A DNA stretch of 64,000 bases, taken from IMG/VR virus record IMGVR_UViG_3300027917_000019, positions 1 to 64,000 of that record. The stretch is one strand, 5' to 3'. A model generated the notes under the pieces. That model did not search any database, had not been told where the DNA came from, and was given only the letters and a program-made list of their open reading frames with translations. Shown here piece by piece: positions 17,330 to 27,521 of this stretch; within the stretch, counting starts at the first letter, position 1, and each line of letters opens with the position of its first letter. A program made the position numbers and the translations under genes. This DNA is from a virus.

Positions 17330-19620
17330 GCTTTGTTTTCCCGCAGTCTCGTAGACATTCCTCTTCAGGACTGATCTATAGAGGCAGAGGTTTGATCCAG
17401 GAGGTTGATGCTAGCCCCGTCTTGTTCAAGATATCTGACGGGTTTCAGTCTCGTGCGTCTACAGCCTGGTGGGTAAGTGATGACGGTACAGAGGTTTTAG
17501 AGTTTCCTGCTGGGTATCCTAGGCTGGTAAACGGCTACGTTGTCATTGAGGGTCCCGTGAATAACCTCATCGATGACAATCCGAAGGATATTACAACTAC
17601 TGGAGGATGGGCTCCGGTCGACGTTTCAGGTGATTACACAGTTGATCGCAACGCGGGGGTAGCGCCAGATGGTACTACCACTGCCGCCCGCCACAACTTC
17701 GGCGCAAATTTTTCCGACCGGGTCTCCACCGACAACGTCGGCGGCCTCATGGTGGCGAACGCTACTTACGTTTTCGAAGTCTGGGCTAGGACGGAAAGCG
17801 GAACGAAGAATTTCCGGATTTCTCTCACCAACGGCGTTGGTGGACAGATAACGAGCGGACATAACCTGGCTACAACTACATGGCAGAGATTCACCTTTGA
17901 ATCAACCATGCCGGCGTCTCCTGTCGCGGCGAATATGCGGGCCTGGTTGTACAATGCCTCTACAGCAGACGCCGGTTCCGTTCTGTTTTGGGGAGCAACG
18001 TGTCAATATGCACTAGACGATCTCCACCCTGCACCGGTACTTGAGGCTAGTGCAACTAAACCGCTAGATGTATATGACTTCAATCCGTCTATTGGAGAGG
18101 TTCCACAGAGTTTTTTTGACGACGGCTTTGTTTTGGTGACCCGCCCTTACTATGCAGCATCAGAACATATCACACAAGGCAATAGTGAGTATCTCATTGA
18201 TTGGAATACTTCTAACGCACAACTGCTGTTGAACAACGGTAGCAGTACCTTCAGATTTCGCGATACTGCAGGTACAATCTTTACAACAGGATCTTGTGCT
18301 TGGAATGAGCGTGACATAGTAACTCACGTCGTTGATTTCGACGAACTCATGTATCGAGTGTTGGTTAACGGTGTGCTAGATGAGCAGGTATCTATAGGCC
18401 CTTCATCTAGCGTTCTTTGGGATGCTGCATCGGCTTATACTCAAATGCGTATAGGGGCTGAGACTGCAGCTGGATCAGCACCAGCGTATGTGGAGTTTTT
18501 GGATAACGTACAACCCATTTCAGAATCTTCGTACGTCAAGGGTCAGATACTTATTGATTGGGCGGCAGATTGGGATAGTTATTCTCGTGCTGGTGAAGCC
18601 AGCTATATGTTTTCTGAAACTGAAATGAGGTGGGCTCCTGCTGGTGTTTTGCGTGATGATACCTTAGATTATCGTTGTTCTGAGAATGGTGGCGGGGGTG
18701 TTTTTCTTGAAAGTGCATCTACAAACCTACTTACGGACGATCCTATGGATCAAAGAGGGTGGGCTGTATCTGGTGCTACTAGAACAGATGGAACATCAGG
18801 AAGTTTTTTGGACGGCTCCACCCCGACTGAGGTTACTTGGTTAACCGGTGCTGGGTCTAATAGGTTGATAGGAGACTTTACTGGAGCAGCTAGCACTGAT
18901 TACATCATTAGTGCTTATGTTAGAGCTAAATCAGGGAATCCAAACATACAGTTGGCACTGTTTGATGACATTACCGGTGTACAGAAAGGGTCTGTTGAAA
19001 CCGCATTAGTGGGTGAGTGGTTGCGTTTTGATACTATAGCCACAACCGGAGCAGGTTCAACTTCTTTTGAAATTCGTTTGTATTGTGACGGATCTGGTGT
19101 GGGGGTTGTGGAAGTGAGTGGCTTTCAAGTAGAAATCAAACCTTCAGGAGATAGTGCTCCTACTTCACTAATTCGTACGGCAGGAGCTACTAGACCTGTT
19201 GACTTGTTGGGCATAGCTAATACATCCCTTCCTGTTAGGCATGGTGTAGAACTTACTTATCGTCCGATTTATTCAAATACAGAAGCTACGAGTAACTTCG
19301 GTGTTTTTGTCACGTCCTATATCGCTGGAAATCAGGGCTATGCCGAACGCAAAAATAATGGGGGTCTCATGCTCCGAGATACCGGCGGGATTCGAGCAGT
19401 GACCGGCGCACTTACCTACAGCCGCGATCAGTTACTTACTTACCGTATGTTCGAGAATTCTGAGATTCGCGCGATAGGTCACACGTCAGGTGACGGAATC
19501 AATACTTCGGCGGCGTGGGATTTCAACTCTGATGATGTGACGGCTGATTGGTATCCACACAGCTCCTCTAGTGGTGCGGGTGCTGTGTCAGGTATTTTTT
19601 ATCCCATGAGGCAAATGTGA
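17326..19620 (+). CDS. fibre/spike-like protein with duplicated carbohydrate-binding-like module
   Basis: Two repeats of SRA..IE/LE..NL..D.P.D..GW..jelly-roll (WQRF/WLRF); rich in G/T/S/A. Confidence 0.7.
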   Translation: MSFVFPQSRRHSSSGLIYRGRGLIQEVDASPVLFKISDGFQSRASTAWWVSDDGTEVLEFPAGYPRLVNGYVVIEGPVNNLIDDNPKDITTTGGWAPVDVSGDYTVDRNAGVAPDGTTTAARHNFGANFSDRVSTDNVGGLMVANATYVFEVWARTESGTKNFRISLTNGVGGQITSGHNLATTTWQRFTFESTMPASPVAANMRAWLYNASTADAGSVLFWGATCQYALDDLHPAPVLEASATKPLDVYDFNPSIGEVPQSFFDDGFVLVTRPYYAASEHITQGNSEYLIDWNTSNAQLLLNNGSSTFRFRDTAGTIFTTGSCAWNERDIVTHVVDFDELMYRVLVNGVLDEQVSIGPSSSVLWDAASAYTQMRIGAETAAGSAPAYVEFLDNVQPISESSYVKGQILIDWAADWDSYSRAGEASYMFSETEMRWAPAGVLRDDTLDYRCSENGGGGVFLESASTNLLTDDPMDQRGWAVSGATRTDGTSGSFLDGSTPTEVTWLTGAGSNRLIGDFTGAASTDYIISAYVRAKSGNPNIQLALFDDITGVQKGSVETALVGEWLRFDTIATTGAGSTSFEIRLYCDGSGVGVVEVSGFQVEIKPSGDSAPTSLIRTAGATRPVDLLGIANTSLPVRHGVELTYRPIYSNTEATSNFGVFVTSYIAGNQGYAERKNNGGLMLRDTGGIRAVTGALTYSRDQLLTYRMFENSEIRAIGHTSGDGINTSAAWDFNSDDVTADWYPHSSSSGAGAVSGIFYPMRQM

Positions 19621-20090
19621 TTGTAGTTTTACGAAATCGAGATACAGTTGATTTCGGTCCTCCAAGTGGTGAGGCTCCGGATCTTATTCCTACGCCACAG
19701 CTGCCCGGTACTTGGACACAAATAGTACAAGGGCATACAGGGTGGGTTTACCTTACAGACCCTGATGGGGATAACTTCTGGTGGTATACTGCTCTTGATG
19801 GTTCAGATTTCGGGTATCCGACGAAGATTGTAGGGATGGTTACTGCTACAACTCCTGCCGGACGTGCGAAGCTCAAGGCGTTTGCACTGGCTAGTGACAG
19901 CGCGTGGTCTCTCAAAGAACTACGCGCGGATGTAGGTGTTCAGGCTACAGCTATCAAGACCGCTTGGAAAATGTCTCGTCGTAACAGCGCTGGGGATGTT
20001 ATTGAGGCAATTGCAATGTCAAGGACAATCGCAGGGTTTAATTACCAACAAGAGGCTGAAGACCTCAATACTGTGGAGGATCTTCCGTGA
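19617..20090 (+). CDS. hypothetical protein
   Basis: GTGA coupling. Confidence 0.7.
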   Translation: MIVVLRNRDTVDFGPPSGEAPDLIPTPQLPGTWTQIVQGHTGWVYLTDPDGDNFWWYTALDGSDFGYPTKIVGMVTATTPAGRAKLKAFALASDSAWSLKELRADVGVQATAIKTAWKMSRRNSAGDVIEAIAMSRTIAGFNYQQEAEDLNTVEDLP

Positions 20091-20497
20091 CTGAAAAGTT
20101 TGACCCCATGCACCTTCTACTTGAGATCAAGGAGGGGCTTGAAAATACCAATTCCAGCTTCGAACAGCATATGAAAGACGCTGAGATTGACCGTGCCCAC
20201 TTGACATATCTATGTGATCAAGTTCATTCATTGAGTAGAATGATCATGTATGATAACGGTAAAGACTCCATATTGACTAAACTCAATAAACTAAACTCTG
20301 AAGTATCAGCAGTACGTGAAGATACTGTAGAGAATAGAGACAACATTCGATCTTTGGTGAACTCTCTACTAAGCAGAACTCCTGAACCTTCATTCGCATC
20401 TGTCACTCGTGCGCGTTGGATAGCTATTGGTAAGATTGCAGGGTTGCTAGCTTTAGCTATTCCAGGCTTGTTAGCCTTTTTTTCTAACTTTGGTTGA
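20087..20497 (+). CDS. coiled-coil protein with C-terminal transmembrane helix
   Basis: Hydrophobic C-terminus IAGLLALAIPGLLAFF. Confidence 0.7.
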   Translation: MTEKFDPMHLLLEIKEGLENTNSSFEQHMKDAEIDRAHLTYLCDQVHSLSRMIMYDNGKDSILTKLNKLNSEVSAVREDTVENRDNIRSLVNSLLSRTPEPSFASVTRARWIAIGKIAGLLALAIPGLLAFFSNFG

Positions 20498-20503
20498 ACT
20501 GAT

Positions 20504-20866
20504 GTGAACAACTCTAAGTTACTGCTATTTTGGATCCCGTTGGTGTCTGTGCTTTTGATGGTCATCTGGGGGTTTGTGGGCTGGTTTAGTCTTGGTATTG
20601 AGAAGGCGGGAGTTTTAGGAGACGCTATGTCTCCTATTTCTGCGCTCATTACTGCCTTTGCCCTAGGCGCTGCCTTGTATTCTTTGGATGTTCAGCGTAA
20701 AGCTTTCGAGACTCACAAATCAGAACAAGAGAAGCTGAGAGAGCAGTCTACAGAGGCTGAGAAGTTTGATAGATTCATACACAGGCTTGAACAGCTGGAT
20801 TCACAACACCACATTTCGGCACAATGTCCGTGGTGCGATTTGCTGGAAAAAGCGAAACAAAAGTAA
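20504..20866 (+). CDS. two-TM membrane protein
   Basis: Two hydrophobic segments followed by a charged coil. Confidence 0.7.
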   Translation: MNNSKLLLFWIPLVSVLLMVIWGFVGWFSLGIEKAGVLGDAMSPISALITAFALGAALYSLDVQRKAFETHKSEQEKLREQSTEAEKFDRFIHRLEQLDSQHHISAQCPWCDLLEKAKQK

Positions 20867-20944
20867 GTATGACGACGTGTGAGGGTTGACGTCTGCGATT
20901 CTCATACTTATGTTGTCATACGCAGGTCTTTGAGAGGAAATTAT

Positions 20945-22309
20945 ATGCCCAGACCCCTAGACTATGTTCATAAGGAAATTCTTCGTGTAGCTGCCGAATT
21001 GGAGATAGATCCAAGAGGTTCAGATTACACACGCAGAACTTTTCTTCGTCATGGCCGCAGCGCTTCCTTGGAGTGGACAGAAGGGCCCGACGGTTCTCTA
21101 GTAGCTACTCCAGATGAATTGGGGCATAGAGCTTCTGCTGTAACCAAGCATGACCTTGAAATTTTGGGAGGTTGGGCTAAAGTTCGGCATGATGCTGCGC
21201 ACGTAGCCGGAATTCCTGCAGAAAAGAATCTCGCCGCTGTTCGTGGCGTTGAGCTTCGAAATCTATACGTTCGAAGGCTGGAACGAAAAGTAGGAACTGC
21301 GGAGTATTTTCAAGGACTTCTTTCTGAGGTCTTTGAGGATGTTTTTTCTAAGAACGTAGTTGCCTTAACTACAAGTAGTTATGTCAAGCAGAAGAAAGAC
21401 CCCAAGAAGATTTTGACTCTGCTTTGGTCTGACCTACACTTTGGTGTGGATGTTCATGATTATGAGGTGCTTGAAAGCCGCTTTAACTGGAAGGTTGCTT
21501 CAAGAAGGTTGGCTAAGCTGTGTCAAGAAGCAGTTGAATGGGGAGATCCTCTAAATACGCATCTTCGTGTGATTTTGAACGGTGACATCATGCAGGGGGT
21601 AATTCACCTCAATGATGCAAACATTCGTCCCATGACAGAGCAGATTTGGGGAGCTACTGCCATTCTTACTAGTGCTTTGGATTTTCTTCGTCGTCATTTT
21701 GGTAGGGTTACTGTAGAGTGTCTTCCAGGTAACCATGACCGCATGACGTATAGAGATTCGAGTCGTTCTACTACACAGCGTTGGGATTCTCACTCCCATT
21801 CTGTGTATCTTGCGCTGAAGCAGGCGTTTAGGAACGATAAGGGGATTGTTTTTAACGTTCCTACTACTGGCATCAGCTTGTCTAGCGATATGAACAGTGG
21901 TTACATTCTTGCAACTCATGGAGATGTTGAACCTGATCCTAAGAACGTCTCTAAGAAGATAGACACTGAACGCTTGGCTATAAAGCTCTTGAAACTCAAA
22001 GAGGGTGAGGCTGTTGATCAAAAGGTTAGTGTTGCGCTATTTGGACACTGGCACACCCCTACAATTCAGATGTTGCCTACAGGCACGTGGATTATCGTCA
22101 ATGGTTCTCTCATTGGGGCTGAGTTGTTTGGTCAGAATGTGATTGGGGAGTTTAAGTCACAGTCAGCACAGGTGATGTTCGATTCTGTCCCTGGAGAACC
22201 TTTGAACAAGATTCGTATCGTAAAGGTAGGGGACGCTGATGATGTTGATGACTACAACAAAATCATTCCAGTTCCCGCTATCATTGAGGAAGGTCAACTT
22301 GTAGTCTAA
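20945..22309 (+). CDS. calcineurin-like metallophosphoesterase
   Basis: SDLHFG, NGD, GNHD, THGD and GHWH motifs; promoter TTGACG-17-TATGTT at 20886 and GAGG RBS support the ATG 20945 start. Confidence 0.9.
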   Translation: MPRPLDYVHKEILRVAAELEIDPRGSDYTRRTFLRHGRSASLEWTEGPDGSLVATPDELGHRASAVTKHDLEILGGWAKVRHDAAHVAGIPAEKNLAAVRGVELRNLYVRRLERKVGTAEYFQGLLSEVFEDVFSKNVVALTTSSYVKQKKDPKKILTLLWSDLHFGVDVHDYEVLESRFNWKVASRRLAKLCQEAVEWGDPLNTHLRVILNGDIMQGVIHLNDANIRPMTEQIWGATAILTSALDFLRRHFGRVTVECLPGNHDRMTYRDSSRSTTQRWDSHSHSVYLALKQAFRNDKGIVFNVPTTGISLSSDMNSGYILATHGDVEPDPKNVSKKIDTERLAIKLLKLKEGEAVDQKVSVALFGHWHTPTIQMLPTGTWIIVNGSLIGAELFGQNVIGEFKSQSAQVMFDSVPGEPLNKIRIVKVGDADDVDDYNKIIPVPAIIEEGQLVV

Positions 22310-22318
22310 GGGGACTTG

Positions 22319-22834
22319 ATGACTATTATTGTGCTAGACACAGATAAGACCTCAGTGGTGTTAGCTGCTGACCAAATGTGGGTTGAAGCTGAACTAATAA
22401 CCAAATATAGCTCCAAGCTCGTGCCCATCATGAGAGGTACTAGAGTAATTGGAATGATAGGGACTGCTGGCAGTGCTAGAAAAGGCATGCAGTTTGAGCA
22501 ACTAATCCTTTCTGAGTTCAGGAAGTCCACGGCTAGTGCTAATCCCTTGGAACTTTTGCGCACTGTTATAGACACTTCTTGGGAGGCTAAGAAGTGTCCG
22601 CAAGCAATTGTGGTCTTGCGGGGTGTGGGCTACGTTGTAGACGAAGACGGATTGGTAACTCAACAGGATAGGTTTGCAATAGGCACTGGAGCGCATATTG
22701 CTCTTGGTGCGATGTGGGGGCGCAAGGGGACGGCTGCCCGGCTCGCTAAATTTGGGTGTGAGGCTGCATGCGCGCTAATTACCAACTGTGGGGGTAAAAT
22801 AGACGTGTTTGAAATGCCTAGACAATCTTCTTGA
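22319..22834 (+). CDS. Ntn-hydrolase / proteasome-beta (HslV-like) peptidase
   Basis: Met-Thr N-terminus, LAAD, FAIGTGAHIALGAM, CGGKI. Confidence 0.7.
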   Translation: MTIIVLDTDKTSVVLAADQMWVEAELITKYSSKLVPIMRGTRVIGMIGTAGSARKGMQFEQLILSEFRKSTASANPLELLRTVIDTSWEAKKCPQAIVVLRGVGYVVDEDGLVTQQDRFAIGTGAHIALGAMWGRKGTAARLAKFGCEAACALITNCGGKIDVFEMPRQSS

Positions 22835-22890
22835 CACTCACACTTAGTATGATAGACTCCAGTTATTACTTTATTCCCACTTGAGGGCTT

Positions 22891-23040
22891 ATGACTACTG
22901 ACAAGAAAAACAAGGTGCGTACTAGCATCACAATCGACCCTGATCTTTTGGCCTCCGTTAGAAAGGACGCAGAACACTCTGTAAGTGCTTACATTGAGGA
23001 CGCCCTTAGATTTTACAGAAAGTCAAGGGGTGAAGAGTGA
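22891..23040 (+). CDS. ribbon-helix-helix DNA-binding protein (49 aa, not in the ORF track)
   Basis: MTTDKKNKVRTSITIDPDLLASVRKDAEHSVSAYIEDALRFY; GAGG RBS; promoter at 22831. Confidence 0.75.
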   Translation: MTTDKKNKVRTSITIDPDLLASVRKDAEHSVSAYIEDALRFYRKSRGEE

Positions 23041-23486
23041 CCATAGGAAATGAGGAGTACATCTCCACGCTTGAGGATTTGTCTAGCGACCTGGAGAAGG
23101 GCTACGCTCGCGGAGAGGGGGGATTCCAGCTAGAGGCTTTAGAGGCCGCTCAAGAAGCGCTAGCGTTCGGACAAGCCCTTTGGAACCTCTTTGAGGATCA
23201 GGCGTTGCACACAGGAGATAAGGCTCCAGATTATGATATGATGCTTAATTATATCGATGCTCTAAATGGTGAGCTTGCGGCTGCGGTATTGTTTTTGGTA
23301 AACAACAAGGTGGATGCTACTAGGGCGCTCAACATGGCTGCAGACAACCTTGAAAAGATGGAAACAGAATCGGTGGAAATTCCCTTGGTAGTGCTCAAGG
23401 GATACCGTAGGCTCGCTAAGCGTGTTAAGAATACTCAAGCAATCTTGAATGCGCGCAATATTACAAAGCTAGTACCATCTAAGTAG
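23037..23486 (+). CDS. hypothetical helical protein
   Basis: GTGA coupling. Confidence 0.7.
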   Translation: MTIGNEEYISTLEDLSSDLEKGYARGEGGFQLEALEAAQEALAFGQALWNLFEDQALHTGDKAPDYDMMLNYIDALNGELAAAVLFLVNNKVDATRALNMAADNLEKMETESVEIPLVVLKGYRRLAKRVKNTQAILNARNITKLVPSK

Positions 23487-23490
23487 CTTA

Positions 23491-23519
23491 TTGACTGGAT
23501 CATGTCGGCATGATAAAAT
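23491..23519 (+). promoter_or_regulatory. sigma70-type promoter
   Basis: TTGACT-17-TAAAAT with TG extension. Confidence 0.6.
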
Positions 23520-23545
23520 TCCTGGTGTAAACCAAGGGTTTTATC

Positions 23546-24973
23546 ATGCCGTCTCCAATTACAGACATAGATCGAAGTATTCGCAGACTCGAAGGTAAGG
23601 TTGTCATCAGAACAACCGCCCCTCTGGATATCTATGTGAACGGAGTTACTGGAGATGATAGTAACCCTGGCACTGCTGAAGCACCTCTAGAGACCATCGG
23701 TGCTGCATATCAACTGATTCCAGATCGTGTCTCGAACCGCGTGATTGTCCATCTTGGGCCACACAGTGGTGATGGGTACCGAATACCGCTTCTTCGTAAC
23801 AGATTTACGGACAAGAACATCTATGTGGTGGGTGAAGTAGACACGGTTCTATACACAGGTACAGTGGCTGCGGGCAGTGATGACCACACGCTGGTAGATA
23901 GCGTTGGTGGTTTCACTACCGACGAGTATATGACCAGATCTATTGAGATCTTGACAGGAGCAGCTGCCGGTGATCGTCGTACTGTATTTGGACACGATGC
24001 TACTACCATAACGCCTCTAGCTCAGTTTAGTGCCGCCTTGCAGGCTGGAGATACGTATAGAATCTTCGAACCTGCTGTGATTGTACGAGAACCCGGCCCT
24101 GATAAGAGCATCTACTGGGCAGAGGGTGTTCGTGGTAGCTCTACTGGAAAGCATGATCTTTATACTGGAATCTTCTTTGTAAACCTGACTGTTTCTTTGT
24201 ATAACATTCTAGGAGACCAGAACTTAGTCAATACTAACAGTGTAACTGGGTTTTATGGTTGTAACACTCGCTACAACGGTCTAGCGTCGGTGGGTAGCCA
24301 CGATTCAGTTTTCCTGGCTGGTATGGACCAAAATATCAATGGAGTAGGTGCAGTAGCTCTTGGTCCTGAAGCGGATTTTGACTTGCCCAGCAGAACAAGC
24401 TGGAGGGGTTGGGGTTTGGCTTATGCTCAAGACAATCTAGATGATAGTTACATGGCTGGAGGATTCCACAGTGGCTATTGGATTTTTGGAGACTTGGGGC
24501 ACATCATCAGGTCGGGGAACGTCACTATCTGGAACTGTAGGTGTCCAGGTAGGATTGGTGTACTAAACAACTCTGAAGACCCTGTTATCATTCGTATTTA
24601 CGGGGTCTATAACAAGATTCCTGCTGAAATTGAAAACTACCTGGATGTTGATGGTCCTAATGTTGATTTGACTTTGAGCGTCGTCAACATCACTACTACA
24701 ACTAACCCAGGAATTAAGGCTCAGCGCGGCGCACATGTGTATATAGCAGGGGCTACAACAATCGATTCTGGTTCTCAAATAGGGATTTTGGCACAAACCG
24801 GTGCTGTTGTAACGTTTTCAGGTGCTGCAGCCCCAACTATTACTACTACTGGAAATGATACTGAAGTTGTAAATGCCGAGGGTGTTAATGCAACTCGTGC
24901 CATGTCTGGATACGACGCGCTAGGTAAACATATTGCTGCTCCAGATGGAACTGTAATCAAGAGAGTGTTCTAA
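23546..24973 (+). CDS. pectin-lyase-like beta-helix spike/fibre protein, paralog 1
   Basis: IYVNGVTGDDSNPGTAEAPLETI (DUF1565-like N-terminus); beta-helix-like C-terminus. Confidence 0.75.
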   Translation: MPSPITDIDRSIRRLEGKVVIRTTAPLDIYVNGVTGDDSNPGTAEAPLETIGAAYQLIPDRVSNRVIVHLGPHSGDGYRIPLLRNRFTDKNIYVVGEVDTVLYTGTVAAGSDDHTLVDSVGGFTTDEYMTRSIEILTGAAAGDRRTVFGHDATTITPLAQFSAALQAGDTYRIFEPAVIVREPGPDKSIYWAEGVRGSSTGKHDLYTGIFFVNLTVSLYNILGDQNLVNTNSVTGFYGCNTRYNGLASVGSHDSVFLAGMDQNINGVGAVALGPEADFDLPSRTSWRGWGLAYAQDNLDDSYMAGGFHSGYWIFGDLGHIIRSGNVTIWNCRCPGRIGVLNNSEDPVIIRIYGVYNKIPAEIENYLDVDGPNVDLTLSVVNITTTTNPGIKAQRGAHVYIAGATTIDSGSQIGILAQTGAVVTFSGAAAPTITTTGNDTEVVNAEGVNATRAMSGYDALGKHIAAPDGTVIKRVF

Positions 24974-26403
24974 TGGGTACCACAGACATAGACAGGCGTA
25001 TAGATATACTGGAAGGGCGTACTCTTCATTCGACCACAGGTACCCTTGACATCTATGTCTCTGGTGTAAGTGGAGATGACTCAGCCGCAGGCACTGAGAG
25101 TGCTCCTATTGCTACTATCGCTGAGGCTTACCGACGGACCCCTGACATAGTTAGAGATCCTGTTCGTATTCATTTGGGGCCTCATGCAGGTGCTGGGTAC
25201 GAGATTCCAACTTTTCAAAACAAGAAGCTGTATAACAACGTTTATGTATTCAGTGACGAGACTACAACACTTTCCACAGGTATTGCAGATGCGGGAGGTA
25301 GTGTAAACGCTCTTGTAGACACCGTTGGAGGGTTTACAGTAGACGAGCATCTTGGTGTCTCTATCGAGATCCTGACTGGTGATGCAGCCGGAGACCGTAG
25401 AATGGTGACAGCAAACACTGCTGACACTTTTACACCCTCTGCTCCGTTCAGTGCTGCTATTTCTGCTGGAGACACCTATCGTTTGTTTGAACCTTCTGTA
25501 GTAGTTTTCTGTGAAGAAGGATTACCAGCAACTCCTGGTTCTGGTTTGGTTGCTAAGAACGCAGGTAACTTCGGAAGACTTGGAGATTCCCTTTCTCCCT
25601 TTGGTATTGATGATGGTCGCGGGATGTTGGTGTTTGCTAACCTGATCTGGGACACTACATCAGTTGAAGGCGGTTTGGCTTCTTCTACTATAGCTTTTTG
25701 GGGGATAAAGATAACCGGAGATGATTGGCAGCCTATTTCTCAAGGTGATTCGCTAGTACTGATGGGAATGGATGTATCTCAACCGAGTGCGTTTGCCCCG
25801 ATGTATGATTTGGGAGCAAAAAGCAGCACAAGCTGGAAAGGATGGGGAGTTTCCCAAACCAACGCACCTGGAGGTATGTCATTCTTTACAAAAGCTAGTG
25901 GCTACATAATTTCAGGGCCTGCTGGAACGCTGGGAATTCAACAAAGTGCTCAGGTTGTCCTTTACGGGGGACGAATTCTAGCTGGACTTATTTCTTTTTC
26001 TCCCGGGCAATTGCCTAACCCACACAGCATGTTGATTAAGGGAGCGTCTGCATCACTTCCGTTCATAATAGACGGCAAAGTGACCCTACAAGGGCTTAAC
26101 GTAAAAGCACAGTTTCTCTGGTGTACTATAGATTCTGCTGAAGATGGTGTTGCTGTATTGGACGGTGCTGAGTGCAGGCTTGGGTCCACTACCATTACAG
26201 TGACTGGAACCAACGATGGTATAGTAGCTAGTACTCAAGGAAAGGTTACGTTTTCCAACGTAACTGTGAATGTGGCTACAGGTGTAGAGACTCGCGTAAC
26301 GGACGCAGAGGGTGTTGACGTTACTAGGACAATTGCTGCATACGATGCTAAAGGGAAGTACATTGCAGTCTCAGACGGTACTGTTATCCAAAGGGTAATC
26401 TAA
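24973..26403 (+). CDS. pectin-lyase-like beta-helix spike/fibre protein, paralog 2
   Basis: Clear paralog of the previous gene at both termini. Confidence 0.75.
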   Translation: MGTTDIDRRIDILEGRTLHSTTGTLDIYVSGVSGDDSAAGTESAPIATIAEAYRRTPDIVRDPVRIHLGPHAGAGYEIPTFQNKKLYNNVYVFSDETTTLSTGIADAGGSVNALVDTVGGFTVDEHLGVSIEILTGDAAGDRRMVTANTADTFTPSAPFSAAISAGDTYRLFEPSVVVFCEEGLPATPGSGLVAKNAGNFGRLGDSLSPFGIDDGRGMLVFANLIWDTTSVEGGLASSTIAFWGIKITGDDWQPISQGDSLVLMGMDVSQPSAFAPMYDLGAKSSTSWKGWGVSQTNAPGGMSFFTKASGYIISGPAGTLGIQQSAQVVLYGGRILAGLISFSPGQLPNPHSMLIKGASASLPFIIDGKVTLQGLNVKAQFLWCTIDSAEDGVAVLDGAECRLGSTTITVTGTNDGIVASTQGKVTFSNVTVNVATGVETRVTDAEGVDVTRTIAAYDAKGKYIAVSDGTVIQRVI

Positions 26404-26984
26404 TGACTGGTAGTCTAGGATCTTTGAATTTGACTCCCGAGCTTACTGAAGCTTTGGAGAAGGCGTGTGGTGCTGTCTATGAACTAGAACGTATACACGT
26501 CCCCGCAGTCACTCCTTCTGCAGCTTCAAACTCTCCCGGAAAACAACCAACCGTTGTTTTGGTGAATGCTTCTATTCTTGGGCTAGCAATGACCGTAGAT
26601 ACTGATGATGCTTTGCGGTTGTACAAGCTACCCTTTAGTTATGCGGGTAACGCTTCATTCCATGTACATTGGACTAAATCTACCAATACAGACGATTCTG
26701 GAAAGACAGTTCGTTGGAGAATTAGTTATACTGTTTTCGACGGTAAGACTGAAGAGGTTACTGGAGCACCAGCTACTGTTGAGTACGAAGATACCTATGT
26801 AGACTCTGGAACAACTACTCGCTATGTATATTGTACTCCAGACATCCTTGTTGATGGTGAATTTGAATCGGCGCACTATGTGGGTGTGAAGATTGAGGCT
26901 ATTTCCCCCTCTGCAGGTACGCCGTTGACAGACCCCGTCGTTGTTTCATTGGATCTGGTTTACGATCAACAGATTCACCTTTGA
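26403..26984 (+). CDS. putative virion beta-sandwich protein
   Basis: TAATG coupling; beta-rich. Confidence 0.65.
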   Translation: MTGSLGSLNLTPELTEALEKACGAVYELERIHVPAVTPSAASNSPGKQPTVVLVNASILGLAMTVDTDDALRLYKLPFSYAGNASFHVHWTKSTNTDDSGKTVRWRISYTVFDGKTEEVTGAPATVEYEDTYVDSGTTTRYVYCTPDILVDGEFESAHYVGVKIEAISPSAGTPLTDPVVVSLDLVYDQQIHL

Positions 26985-27031
26985 GTAAAAAAAGGCTTGA
27001 CGGTACCTATAGGTATGCTATCATGAGGGAT

Positions 27032-27157
27032 ATGTTGTCTAAGCGCTATACATCTTTGTCGAAATCCCTAGCCTTCCTCGCAGAAGGACAGGGATGGTGC
27101 GCCTTTGTACAACCAATTCATGTGCGCGATAATAACACGGAGGACGGCTCCGCATAG
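27032..27157 (+). CDS. 41-aa leader-peptide-like ORF (not in the ORF track)
   Basis: Promoter TTGACG-16-TATCAT (26997-27024), GAGGGA RBS, TAG stop, followed by a terminator. Confidence 0.5.
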   Translation: MLSKRYTSLSKSLAFLAEGQGWCAFVQPIHVRDNNTEDGSA

Positions 27158-27182
27158 ACTTACAGGTAGGTCATATTGCAAC

Positions 27183-27213
27183 GCCGTCCCGGATTTCCGA
27201 GACGGCTTTTTTT
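27183..27213 (+). terminator. intrinsic terminator (possible attenuator)
   Basis: GCCGTCCCGGA-TT-TCCGAGACGGC followed by T7. Confidence 0.8.
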
Positions 27214-27223
27214 GTTTGTGGGG

Positions 27224-27252
27224 TTGACAAGAGGTTCGAGGGTACCTAGATT
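27224..27252 (+). promoter_or_regulatory. sigma70-type promoter of the tRNA array
   Basis: TTGACA-17-TAGATT. Confidence 0.7.
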
Positions 27253-27262
27253 CCCTCCACAC

Positions 27263-27335
27263 GCTGTCGAAGCTAAACAGGCGAAGCACCTGGTTCTTAC
27301 CCAGGCAATAGGGGGTTCGAGTCCCTCCGGCAGTA
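27263..27335 (+). tRNA. tRNA-Lys(CTT)
   Basis: Cloverleaf, CCTGG-TTCTTAC-CCAGG. Confidence 0.85.
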
Positions 27336-27336
27336 C

Positions 27337-27412
27337 TCGGGATTAGCTCAGCGGTAGAGCGACGGTCTCTGACACCGTGTCAGCGGGGGTTCGAATCCCT
27401 CATCCCGGACCA
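27337..27412 (+). tRNA. tRNA-Gln(CTG)
   Basis: ACGGT-CTCTGAC-ACCGT; CCA. Confidence 0.9.
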
Positions 27413-27413
27413 T

Positions 27414-27489
27414 TGTAGGGTAGGCTAACTGGGAAGCCGCCTGACTGTTACTCAGGAAGATGCAGGTTCGAAGCCTGCCCCTACAGCCA
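27414..27489 (+). tRNA. tRNA-Asn(GTT)
   Basis: CCTGA-CTGTTAC-TCAGG; CCA. Confidence 0.9.
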
Positions 27490-27492
27490 CCC

Positions 27493-27521
27493 TTGACAGG
27501 GTTTGTGATCGTGACTATGTT
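27493..27521 (+). promoter_or_regulatory. sigma70-type promoter
   Basis: TTGACA-17-TATGTT. Confidence 0.65.
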
